NCBI GenBank assembly: GCA_963693105.1 | Contig: OY843752.1 | Span: 234,623 to 298,622 of the forward strand | Length of the DNA stretch: 64,000 bases | Source of the DNA: an uncultured candidatus Porisulfidus sp. | GTDB lineage: Bacteria > Pseudomonadota > Gammaproteobacteria > Poriferisulfidales > Oxydemutatoraceae | Direction of reading: 5' to 3' | Shown here: positions 57,436 through 64,000 of the stretch, in pieces | How the letters are laid out: the number at the start of each line of letters is the position of its first letter | Position numbering within the stretch: the stretch's first letter is position 1 | Notes under the pieces: model-generated | The model's database searches: none | What the model saw: only the letters and a program-made list of their open reading frames with translations | Told to the model about the DNA's origin: nothing | Position numbers and translations under genes: made by a program

Positions 57436-58545
57436 TCAGGGCTTCACCGCGCCGCGCTTTTTTATCAGGAAAAGGAATTCCCGGTTGGGGGCGGCGGCAT
57501 CGCGCGCCCAATCGTTCGTCCATTTCATTTGCGCCATCACGTTGCGCCGGGAATCGACCGCGATGCGGTCGGCAAGAACGCCGTTTTCGCCGACAACCCG
57601 CTCCAGTTCATCCGCCGTGGCGCGGCCGCCGGAGCCGTAGGAAAGAAGAATCCACCGCGCCCGCGTGCGCCGGAGCAATTCGCCGACGGCCTCGAGCGCG
57701 ACAAAACGGCCGCTGGATTCGTCCCTGCGAAACTCCTCGAAAACGGACGGCGCGACCGTGTCCGAAGTGTCTTTGCGGCGCATCGCCTTGCCGAACAATT
57801 CGGGGCGGTCGTTGAGGCACACCGTCGTCCACGGGTGGTAGTAGGCGGCGTAGCGAACCCGCGACGGCGGCATCTTTTCATTGTTGGAGCCGTACGGCGG
57901 GTCGTAATAGGCCAGGTCGGCGTCGGCGCCGGCGACATCGAAAACATCGCCGCAAAACACTTCGTGCGCGGCGTGGTTCGCGGAAACAAGCGGCGCCTCG
58001 AGGTGCAGCGGCTTGAACGAGCGCGGCGACCAGTCTTTCAGATACGAGACAAAGTGCCCCAGCGTGTTGTCCACGCGGTCCAGCGCCAGAATCAGGCTGG
58101 TGACGGCCACCGCCTCCTCGACCGGCGACAGGCAAAGGTCGTCTATCCGCTCGCGGATCGCGTCGAGTTTTCGCGTATTGTGAAGCTGCCAGGGTTTCTT
58201 CGCACCGCCGCCGCTCGCAGGGCCGCCATAGTGTTCCGTGAACCAGCCGTCTTTGGGCTGGAGCGCGTTGAGGTGCGCAATCAGTCCGGCGTAGGTCTCG
58301 CGGCGCTTGCGGTTCAACAGGTAGCAACTCGCAAAAGTTTTTGACCAGACTGCGATGTCGTTGGAAATCACGCGGCAACCGATGCCGGCGAGGGCCTGCG
58401 AAACCCGGGTGGTGCCGGAAAAACCGTCGAGCACGGTTTTTGCGCCGGTCTTGCGTACCAGCGCCAGAATATGCGGCAACAGCCTCAGCTTGGAGCCGGC
58501 GTACTTGACGCCTTGTGTGGGCGGAGCATCGGAGATAGCGGTCAC
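57436..58545 (-). CDS. Dam-family (D12 class) N6-adenine DNA methyltransferase, no adjacent cognate nuclease
   Basis: 369 aa. N-terminal KYAGSKLRLLPHI, AdoMet motif VLDGFSGTTRVS, and catalytic LAYYDPPYGSN. Confidence 0.8.
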   Translation of the reverse strand: MTAISDAPPTQGVKYAGSKLRLLPHILALVRKTGAKTVLDGFSGTTRVSQALAGIGCRVISNDIAVWSKTFASCYLLNRKRRETYAGLIAHLNALQPKDGWFTEHYGGPASGGGAKKPWQLHNTRKLDAIRERIDDLCLSPVEEAVAVTSLILALDRVDNTLGHFVSYLKDWSPRSFKPLHLEAPLVSANHAAHEVFCGDVFDVAGADADLAYYDPPYGSNNEKMPPSRVRYAAYYHPWTTVCLNDRPELFGKAMRRKDTSDTVAPSVFEEFRRDESSGRFVALEAVGELLRRTRARWILLSYGSGGRATADELERVVGENGVLADRIAVDSRRNVMAQMKWTNDWARDAAAPNREFLFLIKKRGAVKP

Positions 58546-58598
58546 GTCGGCAAATTCGGCAGCCGGAAAGTTCCGGGCGCGGTATTATAATCAATACC

Positions 58599-60647
58599 AT
58601 GGAAAGATTTTGCACGAGATACGCGATGCCGCTGCTGGCGGCGGTGGCTTTGTCCGCGACCGGCGCACAGGCGGGGCTGGTTGAATACGACTTCGACATT
58701 GACACCGTCACCGTTCATCTCACCGGCAAACCGGCGCAGGCGCTCGCCATCGGCGGCCGGATTCCCGCGCCGACCATCGAGGCGACCGTCGGCGACACGT
58801 TGCGCGTCACATTCCGCAACCGGCTGGCCGAGGAAAGTTCGGTTCACTGGCACGGCATCCTGCTGCCCAACGACCAGGACGGCGTGCCCTGGCTGACGAC
58901 GCAGCCGATCGGCGCCGGCGCCTCGTTCACTTACGAATACAAAGTGTCCCACGCCGGCACGTACTGGTACCACTCGCACAGCGGTTTGCAGGAACAACGC
59001 GGCGTTTACGGCGCCCTGGTTTTTCATCCCGAAAAAGAAACCATCGCCGCCGAGCGCGATTACGTCGTGGTGCTGTCCGACTGGACCGACGAGGCGCCGG
59101 AGCGGGTTCTTCGCAACCTCAAAAAAGACGGCGACTATTACGCGCGCAAGAAAAACAGCGTGCAGTCGTGGAACCGGGTGCTGGCGCACGGCTGGGGCGC
59201 GGTCAAAAACCGCCTGCACGGGGCGTGGATACGCATGGGGCCGATGGACCCGTCCGATGTCGGCTACGACCTGTTTCTCGCCAACGGCAAGCGCGAGCAG
59301 ACACTGGAGGCGAACGCCGGGGAGCGCGTCCGGCTGCGGCTGATCAACGCCGCCGCGTCGAGTTATTTCAACGTCGAGTTCGCCGGCGGCGCCATGACCA
59401 TCGTCGCCGCCGACGGCATCGAAGTCGAGCCGCAGAAAGCCAAGCGTTTGCGCATTGCGATTGCGGAGACCTACGATGTGCTCGTCGAGATACCGCAGCG
59501 CCGGGCTTACGCGCTGCGGGCGACTTCACAAGACGGCGCCGGCTACAGCAACACTTTTATCGGCGCGGGCGAACGGGTGCAGGCGCCGGACGTGCCGGCG
59601 CCCGATTGGTACCGGATGAGCCACGCGCGCCACGACATGAACGCGCACCACGACATGCACGCGCACCACCGGCAGCCGGCCCGAAACGCCGGCGGAGTCG
59701 TCGAACACATCACCGACTACTCGATGCTGCGCGCGAAAAACAACACGGCGCTGCCCGGCGGCGCGCCCGAAAGGGAGGTGCGCCTGAAACTGACCGGCAG
59801 CATGGAGCGTTACGTATGGGCGTTCGACGACAAAACGCTTTCCGAGTCCGACAGCATACGCATCCGCAAGGGCGAGAACACCCGCTTCGTTCTCGAAAAC
59901 GAGACGATGATGAACCATCCGCTGCACCTGCACGGGCACTTTTTCCGGGTCTTGAACGGACAGGGCGAATACAGCCCGCTGAAACACACCGTCAACGTGC
60001 CGCCGATGGGCAGAACCGTCATTGAATTCAACGCCACAGAAGACAAGGACTGGTTCTTCCACTGCCACAACCTCTACCACATGCAAACGGGGATGGCGCG
60101 CGTCATCAGTTACGAGGACTCCTCCACGTTCAACGAGGACACCAGGGAAAAAATATCGCACGACAACGCCTGGAATTTTGCCGGCGAGGCCGCTGCGCTC
60201 GGCCAGATGACGGCCGGACACCTGCGCGCCTTCAACCTGCGCAACGCCCTGGTCATCCACTACGACTATGACTATGACAAAGGCTACGATACGGACCTTC
60301 TCTACAAGCGAAACTTCAGCCGCTTTCTGGACGGCTACATCGGCGCGAACCTGGAGCGCGAAGACCAGCACGAGCGCCGCGAAAGCAACGGCGTAATCGG
60401 ACTGCACTACATGCTGCCGCTGCTGATTGAAGCCGACCTGCGGCTCGACTCCGACGACGAAATCAGCCTTGAACTGAAATCCGGCCTGCAACTGGCGCCG
60501 CGGCTGATGCTGGAATGGCAGTACAAGTTTCAGGACGACGACGAATACCGCGCCGGCCTTTCCTGGGAAGTCAGCAAAACCCTCTCGGTCACCACGCTAT
60601 ACGACTCCGACTTCAAGGGCGGCGCGGGGCTGAAGTTCATGTTCTGA
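58599..60647 (+). CDS. CopA-like three-domain multicopper oxidase with C-terminal CopB-like (beta-barrel-like) extension
   Basis: 682 aa. Signal peptide MPLLAAVALSATGAQA. Copper ligand motifs VHWHG, WYHSH, HPLHLHGH and HCHNLYHMQTGM. After about residue 505 comes a roughly 175-aa tail, ...YDYDYDKGYDTDLLYKRNFSRFLDGYIGANLE...LEWQYKF...YRAGLSWEVSK...YDSDFKGGAGLKFMF, ending in an aromatic residue like outer-membrane barrels and CopB. Confidence 0.8.
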   Translation: MERFCTRYAMPLLAAVALSATGAQAGLVEYDFDIDTVTVHLTGKPAQALAIGGRIPAPTIEATVGDTLRVTFRNRLAEESSVHWHGILLPNDQDGVPWLTTQPIGAGASFTYEYKVSHAGTYWYHSHSGLQEQRGVYGALVFHPEKETIAAERDYVVVLSDWTDEAPERVLRNLKKDGDYYARKKNSVQSWNRVLAHGWGAVKNRLHGAWIRMGPMDPSDVGYDLFLANGKREQTLEANAGERVRLRLINAAASSYFNVEFAGGAMTIVAADGIEVEPQKAKRLRIAIAETYDVLVEIPQRRAYALRATSQDGAGYSNTFIGAGERVQAPDVPAPDWYRMSHARHDMNAHHDMHAHHRQPARNAGGVVEHITDYSMLRAKNNTALPGGAPEREVRLKLTGSMERYVWAFDDKTLSESDSIRIRKGENTRFVLENETMMNHPLHLHGHFFRVLNGQGEYSPLKHTVNVPPMGRTVIEFNATEDKDWFFHCHNLYHMQTGMARVISYEDSSTFNEDTREKISHDNAWNFAGEAAALGQMTAGHLRAFNLRNALVIHYDYDYDKGYDTDLLYKRNFSRFLDGYIGANLEREDQHERRESNGVIGLHYMLPLLIEADLRLDSDDEISLELKSGLQLAPRLMLEWQYKFQDDDEYRAGLSWEVSKTLSVTTLYDSDFKGGAGLKFMF

Positions 60648-60650
60648 GAG

Positions 60651-61559
60651 ATGGGAGAAGACCATGATTTTCGGGTGCGCCGGGAGGCATTCCGCCTGCT
60701 GGAGGAATTGCGCGCGAGATACGACGATGAGGTCCTCCCCCGCAAGGCGCTTCAGGAAGGTTTTCTGATGGACGGCATCCGGGTTCCGCTGGTCGGCCCG
60801 CAGGGCATATTCAAACCGCGCATTCTTGACCTTCCTCTTTCCATTACAACCGCGCCAAACGGGCCGTACGGCGACCGGTTCTCGGAAGACGGGCGCGCCA
60901 TTCATTACCGGTACAGAGGCGCCGATCCTCAACACCGCGACAATGTCGGGCTTCGAGAACTGATGAAATCAGGAAGACCGCTTATCTATCTGCATGGAAT
61001 CGTGCCGGGCCGGTACTTGCCGGAATGGCCCGCGTATGTGATTGGAGACCAGCCTGCCAACCTGACTTTTGTCGTCGCGGTGGATTACCGGCAGGAGGCA
61101 TTGGCCGTGCAGCCGGATTTGCAGGATCTGGGCGCCACTGAACAGCGACGCCGTTACAAAACCGCCGCCGTGCGCGTCCGATTACACCAGCGCGCCTTCC
61201 GGGAGCGGGTGCTGGCGGCGTACCGGGGACAGTGCGCGCTCTGCCGTTTGCGCCACCTCGAACTGCTGGAAGCGGCGCACATCACGCCCGATTCCAGTCC
61301 GCGGGGGGAGCCTCTCATCCGCAACGGTCTTGCTCTTTGCAAACTGCATCACGCCGCATTCGACCGCAACATCCTCGGCATTACGCCGGACTGCATCGTG
61401 AAAATACGGACGGATATTCTGGATGAAATTGACGGCCCCATGCTCCAGCACGGGCTTCAGGAAATGCACGACTCCAAACTGTATCTGCCCAGGCGTTTTG
61501 AGGATCGTCCCGACCCCGAAGCCCTGGCGCACCGCTACGAGAGTTTTCTCTCCGGTTAA
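60651..61559 (+). CDS. SRA-like domain / HNH (HNH_2-type) endonuclease, candidate modification-dependent (type IV) restriction enzyme
   Basis: 302 aa. The C-terminus CALCRLRHLELLEAAHITPDSSPRGEPLIRNGLALCKLHHAAFDRNILGI fits the HNH_2 pattern. The N-terminus GIFKP..L.LPLSITTAPNGPYGDRFSEDGRAIHYRYRGADPQHRDNVGLRELMKSGRPLIYLHG resembles the SRA/YDG layout (..SIV.SGGY.DD.D.G....YTG.GG....Q...N.AL....PVRV). The start is 4 nt after the oxidase stop. Confidence 0.65.
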   Translation: MGEDHDFRVRREAFRLLEELRARYDDEVLPRKALQEGFLMDGIRVPLVGPQGIFKPRILDLPLSITTAPNGPYGDRFSEDGRAIHYRYRGADPQHRDNVGLRELMKSGRPLIYLHGIVPGRYLPEWPAYVIGDQPANLTFVVAVDYRQEALAVQPDLQDLGATEQRRRYKTAAVRVRLHQRAFRERVLAAYRGQCALCRLRHLELLEAAHITPDSSPRGEPLIRNGLALCKLHHAAFDRNILGITPDCIVKIRTDILDEIDGPMLQHGLQEMHDSKLYLPRRFEDRPDPEALAHRYESFLSG

Positions 61560-61566
61560 TCTGAAT

Positions 61567-61908
61567 CTACGGAACCAGCGCCCAGTCCGTATCCGCCGTT
61601 TCCCTGTTGAAAGTGAAAGTCAGCGCCGGCGCCTCGCCTTTGGCGATCATGCACTTGAGCCGCAACGGGTAACTCACCCCGTCTTTTTCCGAGAAGTCCA
61701 TTTCCTCGCTCGAAAACTCCAGCGACTGGTCTTCGCCGCCTTCGATTCCGGGCAGGTCGCCGTTTTTACTCATGTTCATGCAGGTCTCCACCATGCTTCT
61801 CATTTCCATGCCGTAGCCGCTTTCGGCGAATTCCTTTTCCATCCGGTCGCACCCCGCCGCCATCAGAACGGCCAGCATCGCGACCAGACTCTTCATTGTG
61901 TTTCTCAT
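61567..61908 (-). CDS. Small hypothetical lipoprotein
   Basis: 113 aa with lipobox LMAAGC after a hydrophobic leader (MKSLVAMLAVLMAAGC). No recognised family. Confidence 0.5.
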   Translation of the reverse strand: MRNTMKSLVAMLAVLMAAGCDRMEKEFAESGYGMEMRSMVETCMNMSKNGDLPGIEGGEDQSLEFSSEEMDFSEKDGVSYPLRLKCMIAKGEAPALTFTFNRETADTDWALVP

Positions 61909-61936
61909 ATTGACTCCATAACGTAACGTGAAAACA

Positions 61937-62028
61937 TGGCGGAGAGGGTGGGATTCGAACCCACGTGCCGGTAAAACCGACCATCTGATTTCGAGTCAGC
62001 GCCGTTATGACCACTTCGGTACCTCTCC
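61937..62028 (-). tRNA. tRNA-Ser (anticodon CGA)
   Basis: Minus strand: GGAGAGGTACCGAAGTGGTCATAACGGCGCTGACTCGAAATCAGATGGTCGGTTTTACCGGCACGTGGGTTCGAATCCCACCCTCTCCGCCA. Acceptor stem GGAGAGG/CCTCTCC, anticodon loop CTCGAAA, long variable arm, T-arm GTGGG-TTCGAAT-CCCAC, and an encoded CCA. Confidence 0.9.
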
Positions 62029-62164
62029 ACCGGGGACAGTATAGAGGAATCCGCGCCTGGCACAGGCCGGAAACCTGTCGCGCCCGGGCCGTTCAACAAA
62101 CCCTTGCCCATCGGCGCCCGGTCGGCTATCATGACCGGCCCCGCGATGGACGGGGAATATCCGG

Positions 62165-62599
62165 ATGAAGACTTACAGCGCCAAACCCGGCGAGGTCGAG
62201 CACGAGTGGTATCTGATAGACGCCACCGACAAACCGCTCGGCCGGCTCGCCAGCGAGATTGCGTCGCGGCTGCGCGGCAAACACAAGCCGCAGTTCACGC
62301 CGCACGTGGACACCGGCGACCACATCGTCGTCATCAACGCCGGGCAGGTTGCCGTGACCGGCAACAAGAAAAATTCCAAATTCTATTACCGCCACAGCGG
62401 CCACATCGGCAACATGAAAAAAACTTCCCTGAAAGAAATGCTGGAGCAGCATCCCGAACGCGCCATTGAGTATGCCGTCAAGGGCATGCTGCCGAGAAAC
62501 CCGCTGGGGCGCGCGATGCTTCGCAAACTGCGTGTTTATGCGGGCGCGCAACACGACCACGAGGCGCAGCAGCCGGTCCAACTGGAGATATTGAACTGA
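62165..62599 (+). CDS. rplM: 50S ribosomal protein L13
   Basis: 144 aa. [59 protein letters not shown]. Confidence 0.95.
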   Translation: MKTYSAKPGEVEHEWYLIDATDKPLGRLASEIASRLRGKHKPQFTPHVDTGDHIVVINAGQVAVTGNKKNSKFYYRHSGHIGNMKKTSLKEMLEQHPERAIEYAVKGMLPRNPLGRAMLRKLRVYAGAQHDHEAQQPVQLEILN

Positions 62600-62997
62600 T
62601 GGCCGAAAACACTCAGCAATTTTACGGAACCGGGCGGCGCAAATGCTCGGTGGCGCGCGTCTTCATGCGCGCCGGCTCCGGCAAAATCCGCGTCAATCGG
62701 CGCGAATTCAGCAACTACTTCCCGCGCGAAACCCTGTGTATGCTCGTCGAACAACCGCTCACGGCGGTGTCGGCGTCAAAGAAATTCGACTTTGAAATCA
62801 GCGTCAAGGGCGGCGGGCCGAGCGGCCAGGCCGGCGCCATCCGGCTCGGCATCGCCAGGGCGCTGTTGCAGTACGACGAAAACATGCGCGACCCCCTGCG
62901 CAAGGGCGGTTTTCTGACGCGCGACGCGAGAATTGTCGAGCGCAAAAAAGTCGGTCTGCGCAAGGCGCGCAAAGACGTTCAATACTCGAAGCGCTGA
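62599..62997 (+). CDS. rpsI: 30S ribosomal protein S9
   Basis: 132 aa. ...[25 protein letters not shown]...[19 protein letters not shown]...[27 protein letters not shown]. Confidence 0.95.
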   Translation: MAENTQQFYGTGRRKCSVARVFMRAGSGKIRVNRREFSNYFPRETLCMLVEQPLTAVSASKKFDFEISVKGGGPSGQAGAIRLGIARALLQYDENMRDPLRKGGFLTRDARIVERKKVGLRKARKDVQYSKR

Positions 62998-63007
62998 GCG
63001 CTTCTTT
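62988..63007. terminator. Hairpin terminator overlapping the rpsI stop
   Basis: GAAGCGC-TGA-GCGCTTC (62988-63004) followed by TTT. Lies between convergent rpsI and the 63007 gene. Confidence 0.4.
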
Positions 63008-64000
63008 CAGCGGGATACGGCCTGCTCGTCCGGATGGACATCCGGATGCAAATCACTCAACGCCATGGAAAGTCCGTTCTGCTGAACGACGCGGGCGTGG
63101 AAGCGCCTGAGTTCCTGCGGATGGTGAACACCGCAGGCGTGCGCGAGGACACCGACCTCTTCCCTGATTCTCAGAACGTAATTGCGAACGTGCTCCGCCT
63201 TGCTCTCGACCACCAGCCCTTTCTGAAGCCTCTTGTCGTGGGTCGTGATGCCGGTCGGGCACGTGTTCTTGTTGCAGCGCAGGGCCTGTATGCAGCCGAG
63301 CGCGAACATGAAACCACGCGCTGAAACGACAAAGTTCGCGCCCATGCACAACGCCCACACGACATCGGCGGGCGTAATCAGCTTGCCGGAGGCGATGACG
63401 CGAACGCGCCCGGCCAGACGATGGCGGCACAGCGAGTCCACCACCAGCGGCAGGCTTTCGCGCAGCGGCATGCCCATGTCGTCAATCAACGGCATCGGCG
63501 CCGCGCCGGTGCCGCCTTCGGCGCCGTCCACGGTAATAAAATCAGGCGCGGACTCCTCGCCGCGCTTGATGATTTCGGCGCACAAATTGTCAAGCCAGCC
63601 GTAAGCGCCGATGGCGGCCTTGAAGCCGACCGGCTTGCCGGTCACCTCGCGGATGTGAGCGATCATGTCGAGCAGGTCGGCATTCGTGTTGATTTCGGGG
63701 TGGCGGTTGGGGCCGATGGCGTCTTCCCCTATCCGGATGTTGCGGATGTCCGCGATTTCCCCGGTCACCTTGCCTCCCGGCAGGATGCTGCCCTTGCCGG
63801 GCTTTGCGCCCTGGCTCATTTTCAACTCGAACATCCTGACCTGCGGCAGCGCCGCCGCCTCGGCCAGCCGGGTGTCGTCGAGTTCGCCGTCCAGCGTCCT
63901 GACGCCGTTCTTGGCGGTGCCGATTTGGTACACAATGTCGGCGCCCCCTTCGAGATGGTGCGGACTCAAGCCGCCCTCGCCGGTATTGAGCCAGCAGCCG
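63007..64000 (-). CDS. FMN-binding glutamate synthase family protein (GltB central-domain homolog), partial, continues past the right edge
   Basis: ...NTGEGGLSPHHLEGGADIVYQIGTAKNGVR...MFELKMSQGAKPGKGSILPG...ITVDGAEGGTGAAP...VIASGKL. The frame stays open upstream of the track's internal TTG start at 63969, up to position 64000. Confidence 0.8.
   Translation of the reverse strand, partial: GCWLNTGEGGLSPHHLEGGADIVYQIGTAKNGVRTLDGELDDTRLAEAAALPQVRMFELKMSQGAKPGKGSILPGGKVTGEIADIRNIRIGEDAIGPNRHPEINTNADLLDMIAHIREVTGKPVGFKAAIGAYGWLDNLCAEIIKRGEESAPDFITVDGAEGGTGAAPMPLIDDMGMPLRESLPLVVDSLCRHRLAGRVRVIASGKLITPADVVWALCMGANFVVSARGFMFALGCIQALRCNKNTCPTGITTHDKRLQKGLVVESKAEHVRNYVLRIREEVGVLAHACGVHHPQELRRFHARVVQQNGLSMALSDLHPDVHPDEQAVSR

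Overview
High-GC proteobacterial chromosomal window with gammaproteobacteria-like gene order (aroK-aroB, gltB, gltD-hemE, rpsU-yqeY, priA, rpmE, rph-rdgB-hemW, glnK-amtB, rplM-rpsI). About half of it (roughly 1.5-33.3 kb, minus strand) is one locus. It holds an uninterrupted 8,422-codon gene made of Calx-beta-type modules plus three PKD-like cassettes. That gene has a Sec-type leader and a C-terminal GlyGly-CTERM-like sorting tail. Directly downstream lies a roughly 1,940-codon truncated tandem paralog with the same leader and the same 2.2-kb six-domain supermodule. The paralog's own sorting tail survives only as an out-of-frame relic. The two genes are separated by a conserved junction that carries a 22-nt G/C homopolymer. 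A degenerate copy of the junction and tail also sits between aroB and the large gene. The locus fills the aroB-gltB interval, and gltD-hemE lie about 37 kb away from gltB. A generic rhomboid protease (priA-rhomboid-GT25 operon) lies 8 kb from the locus and is a candidate, unproven, processing enzyme. Between amtB and tRNA-Ser(CGA) there is an accessory-looking patch: a Dam-type methyltransferase, a multicopper oxidase with a CopB-like C-terminal extension, and a tightly coupled SRA-like/HNH nuclease. Other observations are a tandem duplication of the 3' end of a 5'-3' exonuclease gene, a shared pair of DnaA-box-like 9-mers upstream of priA and rpmE, and two tandem uncharacterised paralogs. No transposase, integrase, CRISPR array or rRNA was seen. 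All domain calls come from motif recognition by eye and none was confirmed by a search.
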